From Oikopleura dioica (Eukaryota > Animalia > Chordata): a DNA stretch of 64,000 nt. The stretch is taken from contig OU015568.1 of assembly GCA_907165135.1 (NCBI GenBank), forward strand, positions 2,666,001 through 2,730,000, read 5' to 3'. Of the stretch, positions 24,253-38,168 are shown piece after piece. A program made the position numbers and the translations under genes. The notes under the pieces were generated by a model. That model saw nothing but the letters and a program-made list of their open reading frames with translations, made no database searches and was not told where the DNA came from. The first letter of the stretch is position 1, and the number at the start of each line of letters is the position of its first letter.

Positions 24253-25394
24253 ATGATGATAAGTGGAAATCAAGCAGCATTTTCTTTTCTCATTTTCATC
24301 TTTATTGGCGATTTTTGTCTCTTGCCGAAGATTTTTGGTGATAAAGAAAAAGAGCTTACTTCAGAAAAGATCATTCAAAAATCGCCTCCAGCAGAAAATG
24401 TTCTCCTTATGACAGGGTATAGAACTGGATCGTCTTTTTTTGGTCAACTGTTTAATCAAAATGACGATGTTTTATATGTAAGTTTGCTCTTTTTTAAAAC
24501 ACATCATGATCACACCATTAGCTTTTCGAGCCTGACCACAATTTACTGGGCGCGCTAAAAACGGAAACAATCAGCTTAGAGTTGCAAGAACAGTGGGCAA
24601 ATTTCATTTTGGACCTTTTTGAATGCAACTATTCAAATTCAACACCATACCTTGATTTTCTGGGCTACAGTCGTCAACTTGAAACTACAAAATTTGTAAG
24701 AAGACGGATTCCTTGAAACAACCTGCTTGCAGAAAATGGTATTTTATGAGAAGAGAGGCAGAAGATCTACGAAAAAAACAAGTGGTTAAAACGATAAAAA
24801 CGGCGAATGTGGAGGTTTTATTGCGTGTTGCGGATGATAGAAATGTCGATTTGAAGGTTCTTCTATACTACAGGTATATTTTTATATGAGCTCTATAATA
24901 TAGCCTATACAAAACAGCAAATACAAAACATAATTTGATTTTTTTTAAGAGACGCGCGGCCAGTCTATCTCAGCCAAAAAGCACTTGGAAAACTTCAAAA
25001 TTATTTTGAAAGTATCGAAAATTACTGCACTGAAAAAAGCAAGTTGAAAAAATTCTACGACGATAACCCTCAGTTTAACGAAGAGCTATATGAACAAAAG
25101 TTTGAAGACTTGGCCGAAAATCCAGTTGTTCAATTTCGGAAAATCTATGATTTCCTTCATTGGGACTATCCGGGGGAAGTAGAAGCCTGGATTAGGAAAA
25201 ATACTAAAGAATCTTCAGGTATTTATGAACTCGATTGACGCTTTTGATAAAAATATCTTTTAGATGGAGCTTATTCAACTTCGAGAAATTCATCAGCCAT
25301 CATCTCATCATGGAAGCAGAAAATCGACAAAAAAGAAAAATTCAAAGTTGATGGTATTTGCAACGAATATTTAAAACTTCTTCAATATGAATGA
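24253..25394 (+). pseudogene. Carbohydrate (6-O-type, CHST1-7-like) sulfotransferase with a 1-nt frameshift at ~24682 (pseudogene or assembly error)
   Basis: TM anchor, 5'-PSB motif TGYRTGSSFFG, LFEPDH; exon-by-exon paralogy to 46388-47498, with the frame broken at GAAAC-TAC. Confidence 0.75.
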
Positions 25395-25433
25395 AAATTA
25401 AATTAAATACTTTCTCTATTCCATTTTTTAAGT

Positions 25434-27761
25434 CTATGCATCAGTATTAATAATGAATATACAGTTTAGCTTCTCTGAACTATTTGAAAGTGAGTAGCCA
25501 AGACATTCTGGTTGATTTCGACAGATTCCAAAGCAGTTTTCATCAAGCTGAGCAAAGCTTCGATAGCTTTCTTGATTCTCCATTATTTCTGATTGAAGCT
25601 CGATTGTTAGCGGCATTGTGATATTTCTTCTGAAAAAATTGGTTTCTGAACTCGTGAAAAATGAAAACTGTTACATGGTTTGCGTTGAGGAGACTAAAGA
25701 CGAACCAAGACAGATTTTTCGACCATCAAGGTTGTCGCCAAGGAGTTGAAATTCTTCTGTCGTCTCAAAAGGGACTGCTCGGGCGATCACTTTTTTGTCT
25801 TCCAATTTTGATTTTAATCTGCTCAAGGTTTGTAATTGCTTAAATTTTGCTAAATAAAAATAATAAAAACCAATCCCATATTTAATTATCTTGCATCTCA
25901 AAGTGCCGTCTTCAATAGGAACTTCTTTATCTTCTTCGAATCCATCATCGCATTTGAAACAAGCAGTGCTTCCTAGAGATGTTGCAAGCCACCCAGATGC
26001 GCAAAGAATCGGTTGAGTGAGATTCTCCGTCGGGCAATAGTGACCCAATGGACAATCCTTGCAGAAGGTCGATTCTGGCTCATCTTGATACGTTCCCGGC
26101 TCACATGATTTTTGATGAGTCAGCGCTTCCTCATCGCAATAAAATCCGGCTTCGCAGCTTTTGCATGAAGCCATCTTGTCCGGGTTAAAGAATCCGAAGT
26201 TGCAAGGCTCGCTCTTCGCAGATCCTCTGGTTAAAACTTGATAACCAGGCGCGGATTCGATGCAAAAATCTTTTTGCTTCTCGGGTTGGTATCTATTTAT
26301 CTCGCATGGTTTGCAGCTTCCTTGTGCAGTTTGTTCTTGGTAGTGTCCCTCTTCGCATGGTTCCTGAAAAATAAACAAGGAAGAATTTTTATGAGCCAGT
26401 TTTACCGATAAGCCTTGAAGACAAAAATGACCCTTTTCACATGGAAGCAGGGAGATACCATCTTCAGTGGTATATCCATCTGGGACTTGCTCGCAGTCCT
26501 CCATGTTTCCATTCTTGTAACTATACGCCGGGCATGATTGGCAAACACTTAGTCCTGTAGTCAATGCTTCCGTTCCTTCAAAACTCATTTTTGTCAATTC
26601 TATTTAAGAGTTCACAAACCAAGAGGACAAGGAAACATTTGTCCTTTCACACAATAGTGATGCAGCAGACAGAGCTCACAAGCTTCTCCATTATTCACAG
26701 CATAAGAGCCCGAAATACAAGTGACGCAAGCGCTGCCAGCTTGAGGCGTGTACTCGCCAGCAAGACATGGAGTTTTTGTCGCACCAGAGCATGTGTTTCC
26801 GAGCGGGCAAGACTGATAGTCGGTCATTTCGTAACTTGGACACCACATATTTTCGGGACATGAAATACAGTAAGTTTGACCTATAAAAGATTTATTGGGT
26901 GATTTTTTACTACAGTTAGGATTTTATGAACCTGATAATGGTTGATATTCTCCAGGAAGACATTGGAAACGCTGCCCTTCCTGGCATCTGAAACCGGCTT
27001 CGCAGATTGATTGTGCTGACTGATCATCAAGAATATAATACCCAGTTGACGGAGTGTATCTCTGCCCGTTTTGACAAAAAAAGCCAGAATCACAATTTAC
27101 ACACTCTTTCTGCAATGAGTTCGCAAGAGTGCCATCTGGGCAGGAGATACATTCTTCGGTAAATGGAAGATAATATTCGCCTGAGTCAAAATATTGATAA
27201 AAAATTGAGGAAAACGACTTTCAAAACCTAAAGTGCATTGGTGTTTATGCCCGAATCTGCAGCGCTCATGTGATTGGCAAGAGTACTGGACGCAAGAATC
27301 TGTATAAGCGAATCCAACACCATAAGAATGGATTGGTGAAATACTGATGCATCTGAGAAAGTCAACCAATTCGCTGTTGCCAATATAGGAGCCATATTCG
27401 GCAAGGCAATAACTCAAACAGGGCCCAAAGCAGACAAATCTTGAATAACAAACTGCTTGAGGAAAAATAACATCCCCTTACCTTTCCATCTGGTTATGAT
27501 AAGAATATCTTGTGCAATGAGATGGAAGGTACGACTCCGAAACAATATTGCCTTCGCTTCCAAGAAAGCAGACTGCAAATTGATAGAAAAACTTAAAATT
27601 GGACGTTTTTATGAAGAAAAATTTCACATGGTAAAAACCTGAGCGCCAGAAAATTTCTGTTGTATCAGCTCGTATCCTGGTCCGTTTGTAGGACTGAAAA
27701 GAAATTAAATCAAATGACCAAAAGAAAAATTACCATGTAATTATTGATAGAGATCCGTGCA
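25434..27761 (-). CDS. Cys-rich GCC2/GCC3 (ephrin-receptor-like) repeat protein with C-terminal PAN-like domain; 5' end uncertain
   Basis: Repeated C..C.PG.YQ/C..G.YC units; last exon ENCFGICRNQPECLGYS is paralogous to the 28016 exon. Confidence 0.75.
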
Positions 27762-28015
27762 TTTTCTGGCTTTCTCTTTCTCTTCTCTTTTTATCTTTAT
27801 CAAGCAGTAGATCCGGTTTTTAACTAGTGCCGTCGTTAATTATTAAAGCACTAGATTATTCGTTATTTTGTTAGGTCTAGACAGTGATCACAGTTGTTTC
27901 TTTTGTTTTATGCAATTTTATAATATAAAATAATTTTATTTTCTTTCATTCTTACTAAAAGTCAATTAGAAAAAAGACAAATAAACTTATCTTTTTTTAT
28001 ACTCTTATGTTATCG

Positions 28016-31000
28016 TTATTTATTTATTATTTCTTGAGTGATTAGAAGGCAATTCAAGTCTCTTTGAGTATTTGTGATCGTATATCCGAGGCAATCGCGG
28101 TAATTTCGGCAAATCATAAAGCAGTTTTCATCGATTTGGGAATAAGCTCGATACTCTTTATTGTTTTCAATCAGCTCCCTTCGAAACATGATCGAGTTAT
28201 CACTGAAATTCGTAATGATAGCAAATGAAGACCTCTTACTTTTTGTCGATTTTCCATCGTAACGGATCATTTTTCATACAAAGCTTTAGGCCATCCATCT
28301 TTCTATCAAGAAATTGATACTCTTCTTTGACGTCAAAAGAGACTGGTCGAGCAAGAACCTCATTCATCAAAATATTTGACTTGAATCTGAATATGATTCA
28401 CAAAAAATGAACGAAATTTTGAGTCTGAATGTGAATCAATTTCCATAAGGAATTATTTTGCAGCGAATATCATCGTTCTCGATCGGCATGTCTTTATCTT
28501 CCTCAAATCCGACATCGCATTTGGTACATTGTAAACTCCGAAGTGAAGTTGCAATCCACCCTGACTCGCACTGTATCTTAGTGGTCATATTTGCGGAAGG
28601 GCAGAAATGACCAAGTGGGCATGGTTTGCAATCAGTTGACCCTTGTTGGTCTTGATATTCTCCCGGCTCGCATGAAATCTAAAAACTCTTTAATTAAAAC
28701 CATAATGTAAAGCTTACTTGGTCGACAAGCCCATTCGTTGGGCATTTGAATCCCGGATTGCAAATTTTACAAGGCTCCGCCATTTCTGGATTATAAAAGC
28801 CAGCGGCACAAGATATATTTTGCGTCGCTCCAGTGGTCAAAACTTCGGTTCCTTTGCGAGACATTTTGCATTTTGTTCTTCCTTTTCGATCCTGGAACCG
28901 ATGAACTTCGCATATCTTGCACGAGTCCTTGCCGGTCTCGTCTTGATATGTTCCTGGTGAGCATTCTTCCTAAAAATGGCCTTCTATCTCATTCAAATTT
29001 TCGGCACTCACCGATAGTCCATTTATACACTTGTGCCCTGCTTCACATTCTGTCAAGTTTACCCGATTCTCGGAGGTATACCCATTCGGGACTTGGCTAC
29101 ATGAGTCCATCGACTCATTTCGAAAGAAATAGACTGGGCAGTTTTCACACTCACTCAGACCCTCATTCAAAGCTTCTGTTCCCAAATCACATGGCTTCTC
29201 AATCCCATTGACACAAAAGTGGTTGATGTTACAAGTTAGACATTCGGTTGCGATCAAATTTGCGTATTTTCCATTTGGGCATGTTTCACAAGAAGCACCT
29301 TGTAAGGGAGTTATCTGTCCACTTGGGCAAGGCTCAGGATGAGTCGAGTTGGGACAAGTGAAACCAAGGGGGCATTGATCGTAATAGGTCATGTTGCTGT
29401 ACGGACAGTACGTGTTTGGAGGGCAAAGTTCGCAAGATTCTCTTCCTTATGAAAAGATAAAATTAAAAATTTTGTCTTGATTGGTCACCATATTCAGACT
29501 GATACGTTCCGGGTTCACATGGTGTTGCCTCTGTCATATTCATCAGTGGACATTTATTTCCAGGAAGACAGCTCTCACAGCCGAGAGCAGCTGCATAAGG
29601 CTGGAATGTTCCAGCTTCACAGGGCTTCGGGGCAATCATATTTTCTTCATTGCAAAAATACCCCTTTGGACAATCAAAGCAATAAGACATGGCTAAAATA
29701 AACATTGAGATTCAACAGTGAAACATACCTTCATTCGGCTGATATGTTCCTCTTTCACATTGCCACTAGATTTCAATGTTATCAATAAGATTTCGAAAGT
29801 CAGTTGCTTTACCTGCTGCCCGGTCATGCAATAATTTCCCTCATGACAAGCAAATTGATTCGAGCGAAGGTAATTCAAAAAATATCCGTCTTCAACTGTT
29901 TTGAGCACACTGTCTTCGCAGTATTGTAAGGGAGACATGTAGCGAACTTAATTTTCTATGCCTATTTTTTTATGTTATTTGCAAACCATTGAAGGGGTCG
30001 AGCTCAAATCTATTGCATCTATCAAAGGGTTCTTCAGGTCCAAGATACACATGATCTATCCACATATCGAGAACTTCATCAGTTTCAAAATAAATATTTC
30101 GATCAGAAGGTTGCTTTGTAGTTCTTGCAATAATGTTTGTCCAATTCGAAAGCTGAATATTTTCGAAAGACAAAATAAAATTTTTATCAGTTTACCTCGT
30201 GAGCTTCAAAGAAGTATTCTTCAAGAATTTCATATTGAAACATCGTTTGTTCAGTCACGTAGGATTTGACGGCAGAGATTTTAACCTCTTCATCTCCGCC
30301 AACTTTGATCCATGCTGAAAAAATGAGTTCTGTACCAACATAAAGCGATCCGAGGTTGAATTTGATTCCTTGAGAGTTCCATTCTTGGTCAAAAATGCGA
30401 ACTGCGCTTCCGACAAGTCCGGGAACAAGTTCTCGCTGAGTGCCATCGTTAAAAAATAACCAGCGCGGCCAGACAAACGCTGAACTTTATTACTGGTTAC
30501 AGATTGTTCGTCCTCGAATTGAAAGATTTCTAGTTCTTCGCATTCGTCGCTGAAGCATTTTTGACATTCAGTTCCGTTATTGACCCGTAGCCATCCGGGA
30601 TCACACTTTACGTCGCAGCCATTTTTCTCTACATTCAAAAAATAGGAAGACTCTGAATCACAGATGCAACTTATCCCATTTGACGGGTTCAGACTTGACC
30701 CTAGAGGACATTCCCAATAATTAGCAGGACAAAACTCTTCATCAGACATATAAATATCAGCTCGACAGGAAAACCGGTAGGCAGCCCCGCAATCAGTAAC
30801 AAACCACTCGTCAGTACTCCCAAATCGAATGCAATCTCCATTCCACGTCCTTGGCTCATCCGCAGCCCATCTCATGAAAGGAGGAAAAATTTCATTCGGG
30901 TCGGTGAGTTTATTTTTATAGCGCCAGCTCCAGTCGTAGTTCCAGATACCTAAAATCTCCGGATGCCAAGAATCGTTTCTCTTCCAAGATCGAAATCTTT

Positions 31001-31297
31001 CTTCATCCAACTCGTCCCAGAAGTAAGTAATCGATTCTTGAAAATTATTTTTCAATATTAATAATTATTTAATTTTTATAAAATTTTTAAAGTTCCTTCT
31101 TAAAATCAATTGTTTGAATAATTTCCTTGATAATATTTACAAACATTATTAGCGGAAAAAAGGTCGCGGGCTTCATTTCCGGGAATCTCTCGATACTTTG
31201 GGCAAACTCTCTTAGGGTCAGACTCGATCGGTGGCCCCAAGGTTTCATGCGTTGCTCTCGACCTCTCAAAAAGACAAACATATAGCAAAAATTTCAT
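28016..31297 (-). CDS. Secreted C-type lectin/EGF/GCC2-GCC3 repeat protein with C-terminal PAN-like domain
   Basis: MKFLLYVCLF signal, CTLD-like WAADEP...DCIRF...W..TDC...FSC, multiple CEAGTFQ/CLPGNKCP repeats, last exon ENCFMICRNYRDCLGYT. Confidence 0.8.
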
Positions 31298-32577
31298 GCT
31301 AGAGCACAAACTTGAAGCGCTGCTCTGGCAACTTCTCGTTAAAAACTTCCAAGAACTATGGACTTTAATTAATAAAATATCAAGTATCAATTGACAATTG
31401 TCAGTTTTTTCATGTCGAAGTGAGAACATCAGAATTTATGATGAATACCGTAACACCGTACCGTAGTTTACAGTTCAAATTCTCCGATAAAAGCTGTCGA
31501 AACCGAGCTTGTTGTACTTTAGCTTAAATACCAGAGCAGATATGGGCGTGGTACACTGATTTTTCGCCAAAATATCAAAAACGAAAACTCTCGACGAAAA
31601 TCGAATTATCGCTGCTTTCAAAAAACGTGTCCACACCCTGCTGTTGCTTCATTGAAATTGGCATTGAAAAGAAAGTATCCCCAATTGGCAGGGGCCAGAA
31701 AATGCAACGCGGATGCGCGCCATGATTTTTTAACAATGTTAAACGATCATACGTCCCCTCGGCGCATATGCTCGGCGGTTGAATTATTCAATTTGGGCCC
31801 TGAAAATATGCCCCTCGAAATAAACAAATTGCGTTATGCATTATCCTCGACTTTTTTGCTTCTAAAGAATCTGATTTTGTCGCTTAAAAAGATATCTACC
31901 AAAGAAATATTTTAAGAAACCAGTCAAATTAAGTATCGAAAGTGATAGTTATTAATCAATTTACAAAAGAAATTTATTAAAATAAATGTTACTTTTGCAT
32001 TGAAAGAACTAAGATAAGGGTTCAGTTTTTCCATCCGCAATATGGAATAAGGGTATCACTCTCATATATTTGATGAGAAAATGAGCAATTATCGGAGGTT
32101 AGCGTTGTGCACCCCCTTATTACTTTGGTTGACGTCTTTTTTGAAGGCTTGAGTTAATTATGAGGTCAAAATCAGTCCGTATTCATATATTCTTCTTTTT
32201 TGTCAGCTGTGTGTTTTCCCACATCCCGTGGAAGAAAAGGAAGAAAGTGCTCCCCCGAGGGTTCAGGGAGGTGACGCAAGGGGGCGGTTGATTTTCGCTT
32301 TATTGCATGAAACTACATTGGCCTTATTCAGGAGAAAATCTGTTTAGCGTCAAGGATATAAGATATTGATAGTATTGGGCGTTGGGCACGCGAGCGGCAC
32401 CACCTGGGATTTGGGCACGCGCGACTATAAAAAGGTATGAAATGGGGAATCAATCGTGAATTGTTTGACGCAGAGATTAGCAAACTTTCCATTAAATATT
32501 TTTTCAAGAAAAAAGACTAAGACGCAAAAGTTAAATTATAAAGAAGAAGCAAACTTTATAGCGAAAAGAGGAAATTT

Positions 32578-33763
32578 ATGGAGACGGTGAATTCAAGGTG
32601 CGAAATGGAACTTACAGCTTCGACAACTGGAACTTATTTTCCTCGAGATTTTATGGTGAGCAAAATCATTAGTTCAAAAGACCATAAGTTATGATCGATT
32701 TTTATCCACAAGAAATTTTCTTTTCTTCGTAAAGCGAAAATATATCTCTATCATCTACATAAATTAAGGTTATTTCGTCTTAAATTTTACGGACGTTTTC
32801 ACAGAAAAATAATAATTTCAAATTATTTATTTGTCTCTGCGAACCTTCTCATTATTTCAGTTAAAATTTTAATAACGTTAACTTCTCACTGACACAGAAC
32901 AACGGCCGCTATAAATAAGAGCTTAAAAATGGAAATACATATGCAGATAAGATTTTTTTTATTCTAGCTCCGATTTACTCTTATCTTTTTTGATAAATAT
33001 TCAAGAAATTCCACTTTATTTTCCACGCGCTGGAATAATCAGCACACGAAACGCTTATCTTAGTGAAAGTTTAATGACATGAAAAGTTGGCTCGCTAAAA
33101 CCACGATTAGGCGCACGCCTGGGGCGATGATATTTCCCCCTCGCGGCCGGATCGCGTCTTATACTTCGAGAAACATTTTTTGGCGCAGGAGGATTCTTTA
33201 TCACTTTTCATTTTCTCAGAAAGAATCAAAACGAAAAACAGGGCTGCTTTTGTAGACAAGAAAATGGCAAAAGAGAAGGTTTATAAAAAGAAAAAAAGAC
33301 CATTTTTAGACAAAAATAAATTGAAATTTCGACTACTGAAAATCTCAAATCATTTTTTTTAGTACAACAGATGCAACACAAGTATCCTCAACTCAAACAG
33401 TCGGGAAGACGAGGTCATAATCGTCCATTTCACAAACGAGACCGAGATCGATTTCGACAAGATCTTCAACCGAGGTAACAAGCCACAGCCCTTTAGTAAC
33501 AGGGTTATACTTTTTGCATTATTAGAGAGACAGAGGCTGCTGCAATCGATGAGAAAAGAATCGACACCGATACGACCTTGCCGCATCAAATGATGCACCC
33601 AACACGTGATTTATTAAAGATCGTCACTCGGCCTGTCACTCATGTTTTTATAACTCTACTATTGACTTGTGCTTTTATATTCTTCTTTCACATAAATAAA
33701 GAATTGATTCGAAAACACATGATTTGCTCAAAAGTTAAAAAATACTTCAGTAAAAGATTTTGA
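32578..33763 (+). CDS. Putative CUB-like single-pass membrane protein (tentative spliced model)
   Basis: RCEMELTASTTGTYFPRDFM|YNRCNTSIL...VIIVHF resembles a CUB N-terminal half; later hydrophobic HVFITLLLTCAFIFFF. Splicing of the last exon is unresolved. Confidence 0.35.
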
Positions 33764-34444
33764 AAAGGTGCGTGGCAAGCAATTATCCATAAAATGGCAC
33801 GTAAGCCGTTGCGAATTGACTGAGAAAAGGCCTGCCTCCGAAATGCCATATCTTGATGAACAGTACGACACCTTCGTAGAGCAGAAAATCGTTCATTAGC
33901 TTCCTGCCCGTGAGAAAGAAGTGACGCTTCTATATCGCTTTTAGAAGCTTTCTGAAAAAGTCATCAGGTTCAACCTTCTCAGAGGGCCATGAAATCGCGC
34001 CATCACATAATAATCAAAAGAAAGACCAAAAATGCCACGAAAAGTTGGCTAAAGTTCGCGCGGCAGCGATATCAAAAAAGAAACGAAATCTGATGTTGCA
34101 AGAAAAGGTCAAGGTTGGCCTGCCTTCTAAACTCGCTGCACTAGAAAGAAGCCATAATATCAAAGCAAGCATGGAATGTAGGTGATTTGCACGATGACAT
34201 TTCCGACCGGCCGGAAAGTGATTTGTCTGCGGATTTCTATGTCGGAAATAAAAGGTAATTTGACCGATATTAAACTTTCACCTTCATTATGAGAATATTT
34301 CATGTACATATCTTATATTTTCGGATGTTGACTTCGTAGTATTCACAAATAGGTTGTAGAACGTTTTCGATTTATTTATCAAATCATCTTCAGTACTAAT
34401 TAAATCATTACAAGAAGAATACTCGAAAAGCAGCTTGATTGCTT

Positions 34445-34710
34445 GACATCATAAACATTCGGACATTATAAACAATCAGACATTTAAAACACTGTTTATA
34501 ATGTCTGATTGTTTATAATGTCCGCAATGTTAATAATGTCTGGTTAGGATTTGGCGATATTTTTTTCTGTTTATAATGTCCGGTTTGTTTATAATGTCCC
34601 GAATGTTTATAATGTCTGGGTCAAATTTCAGATTTTGTTTATAATGTCCGATGAGTTTATTAAGTCCGAATCGGATGTCAATAATATCCGACTTGTTTAT
34701 AATGTCGGAA
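34445..34710. repeat. Hairpin plus tandem cluster of TGTTTATAATGTC(C/T)G units
   Basis: 32-bp inverted repeat 34460-34491/34493-34524 with a 1-nt loop, followed by further direct copies of the unit up to 34710. Confidence 0.85.
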
Positions 34711-35275
34711 TTTTCAAAATGTGTTCGAGGGTTAATTTTTTTCGTCGAATTATTTCTATGTATGAAAAAATTTAACCGTTTTTTAAACTCGTCAATGATT
34801 CTTGGCGATCGAAAATACTGTCTACTGCTGCTAGAATGAAACTAAAAATTTTAGCATTATGCTATTGAGGAGGGAAACCAAGAAAAGGAACAACTAAGAT
34901 TGGACGAGACACCAAGAGAGCGAACAAGAAAGGAAATGACAGCAAAAGAGCGAGTAAGAAAAGTGGGCAAAAGGCGACCTGGGGAGAGGCAAGATTGGAG
35001 GAAAAATGCAGAATTTACCCGGATCTTCAGTTCAAAATAAGTCCTTACTGGAGACTTTATTAATCAGAATTTTCAATGAATAAAAAGAGACAGAGAAAAT
35101 TTTAGAGAGAGAGTGATTACAGTACATAACATAAAGTTTATTATAGGCTGTAAATTTTACCGATGAAGACGGTCATACTTATTTAATCAAATCCTTTTCA
35201 GAGTTCTTTTTCAGAAAAGCTTTATTAATATTTTACTTTAACGAAAAAATATTATAAAAATTACTCATCAAAATT

Positions 35276-35464
35276 CTAACTCTGTTCCTTCTGATCCTTG
35301 CTGAGGTTATCAGCAAAATCCTTGATGATATCTTGGATATCGCTGAGCTTTGCTCTCTGCGCATCATCAAGAGAATCATAGAAATCGCTCTGGTCCTTTG
35401 GCAAGCGATTGAAGTCCAACAGCATGCTGTAGTCGTATGTAGGGGTTCCGTTCTCGTTGCCCAT
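35276..35464 (-). CDS. Possible small acidic helical protein (62 aa ORF)
   Basis: MGNENGTPTYDYSMLLDFNRLPKDQSDFYDSLDDAQRAKLS... is protein-like in composition; upstream exon/frame unresolved. Confidence 0.3.
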   Translation of the reverse strand: MGNENGTPTYDYSMLLDFNRLPKDQSDFYDSLDDAQRAKLSDIQDIIKDFADNLSKDQKEQS

Positions 35465-36322
35465 TTCAAAAAATCAATTTTTTTTTGGTTTGGTGAAGAT
35501 GGATCTTCGACGGCTTCTTTTAAACACCTAAAACGGAAGTGCTCTCCCGGGTTAAGGTGCCTCTCGCTCACGTACCATTTATTTCCGGTCTATTTTTCAA
35601 CCCTCAGCGACCCTGTTTGTCTATTTTCAATATTTGCCCCCCTGATTTTTCAAAACTTTGGCAGGGGTCTATATGGCCTATTTATAGATTACTCGTCGTT
35701 TGAGGATCATTTTGATATATTACAGTACCCTTAACGTAAATGAGTCTCCGAAATTTTGCCCTTTAAAGTTTGGAAAAATGCATGTGAATTGTACTTAGCG
35801 TGAAAATCGTTATTTTTTTCGATTTTTCAATGTTATCCAACAGAGACAAATAAGGGGTCTATTGAAAGCTTAGAATGTACCGATTAACAATATGATAACC
35901 GCACTAGAAATTTCGGCCACTATTTGGCGCTAGGGAGCAATAAAACACCTAAAAATCGCCAAAAATGGCTTCCAACTTCGAAGTTCTGGAAAGCAGGCAA
36001 ACAGCCCACGTTATTCTTGATCAAGCTGAGATGGACAAGAAAAAACATTATCGCCAAAAAAGGAACGTGTCTCTCGCCTGCTAATTCAGCGAATGCACTT
36101 CCTGTACGTTATTGCCTTGGCAAACTGATTTCCTTCCGATCTCTGCGATCTCATTTTGTCCGGCGCAATTCTCATCAGGGCGCGCCACCACGGTGCTCTC
36201 TGGTGGTGCACAGGCGGAGCACGCTATTTTGACACAGCTGTAGAAAGGTTAACGCTCTTTTTAAGCGACGTAGACGTTCTCTCCTTATTCTCATTCAGTA
36301 AAATTAGAAAAGAAAGGAGAAA

Positions 36323-37723
36323 ATGAAATTATTGCCAATTTTACTTGGAAGTGCAATTGCACAGTCACAGAATGATATTTTGGACATGAAAAAGAGAAGC
36401 TTCCTTCAGGAAATCGAGCTCGACGCTATTCTTCAGCTCCAGGTAAAGAATCTTTCTTTTGAGAAATTATCAAAAAATTTGAGAGAAAATCGTTCTCATG
36501 ATAAAAATTTCAGGACTACATTCAATTCGAAGATTTCAATGTAACTCAAGGAATCATTGAAGGTCTCAACTCATACAGAGATGATCATCCAGAGAAAGAA
36601 AATGAATGGGGTGAAAAAGCTGATAGTCTCTTTGAGTTTGAGCAGAATACTGGGAGACTCGTCCGGTAAGAATAAATTGACTTTAGAAATAAGAAAATAA
36701 AGATTTTTATAAAAAAAATTTCTTCAGAACTGGAGGTGGAGGACTCACTCTTGCCGATCGAGGTCACATCATCAAATACCTCCAAATGAAGATCGTCATT
36801 CTCTTCATGCAGAAAAACAAGTTCCTCGGAAAATATTGCTTCTACGGCTGCTGGTGCTTCCCCCGTGGAGCCGGAAACAACGGCGGCTTCGGTCAACCAG
36901 TCGACAACATCGACAAGTCCTGCCGAGAATACTCGACCTGCTACAATTGCATCTACAACCAAAACATTGGCAGTCAAAAATGCCCGGAGAACACTGCCGA
37001 TCGATACCAAATCGGAGGCTTTGTTGATAGATTCGGATCTGTTCAGATTTTCTGCACCGATCCTTGGGGCACTTGCAACAGATCCCGATGTGAATGTGAC
37101 AGGAAAAGCTTTAAAAATCTTATTTCTTGGAAAAAGTAATCAAAAAGGGAAAGACCATAATTTGGTAATAACTAATGAAAATATGAGATAAGCGAATATT
37201 TGATAAGCTGATTTATTCTTAAAATCTCTTAAATCATTGGATAAGCTTTGAAAAAGATCTCTTGCACTAAAACTCCGCCAGTACGAGCCCGAATGGAACA
37301 TGCAGTACCACCATAAATGGGGTAGATTCCAGCCTCAGGACGCATGCAACTTCAACATCAATGAATTCCGAACTTCCGGAAAACTGAAGATGGTCGGCAA
37401 CGAGTAAGTAGTGATCTTGACCTTTCGATCTTGTCTCATTCCTCCAACGTGACAAAATAATCTGATCGACCTTTTCAAGCTACGTGATGGACAACCGACC
37501 TTACATCGTCAACTTCGCCATGGGCACCCACGGTGGCGGAGGAGGAGGAAACGGTGGCCCTCAATCCAGCGTGAAAAACTCCATGTTCCCGATTTATGGA
37601 CCAATTATCGGCTGCTGCGGGCGCTTCCCAACTGTCCATTACTTCCGAAAAGGGCAAAAATGCTGCGCCGACGGTCAAGTGACTGATGCAAAGGCCCCTT
37701 GCGATTCTGATTTCACACAGTGA
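36323..37723 (+). CDS. Secreted PLA2-like (inactive) protein, multi-exon
   Basis: Signal MKLLPILLGSAIA, FYGCWCFP..GFGQPVDNIDKSCREYSTC, CNRSRCECD, C-terminal CCGRFP..KCC. Confidence 0.82.
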
Positions 37724-38168
37724 TGAAAAACTGACCAAGTGTGAAAAAGTCATCTGTACAGAAAATACCTCAATGCTTTTGCTCAAAGAAGGCCCTTTTA
37801 TAACATTATTTTTTGCTGGCGATTTTGAGAAATAAGAGTCTTTCTTTTGATGCAAATGTATTTGGGGCAATGATTATTCGAAAAAAAAACTGTCCCTGAT
37901 TGTAAATAATAAATTTCTCATAAAAGTTACTAGGAATAAGTAAAATAGTTCGATTTGACCGAAAGTTAAAAGCAAATATTGTGTGGACGAGCGCAAATAA
38001 TGTTCTGATGAAAATCTATTCAAAAGTCCGAGCAGGAAATCCTTTCAAGTGAAGAATTTATGCACTGCAAACAGAAGACCTTTTATTAAATCGAATCTTC
38101 AAGAGAAAATTCTAGCATAAATTTTTAATGTCGTTCTTTTTGTCTGATTGAGCTAGAAAAGAGTTACC

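Noticed and set aside
32383-32432. Two TTGGGCACGCG boxes upstream of TATAAAA
   Set aside because: Plausible promoter, but the downstream gene start is unresolved, so it cannot be assigned.
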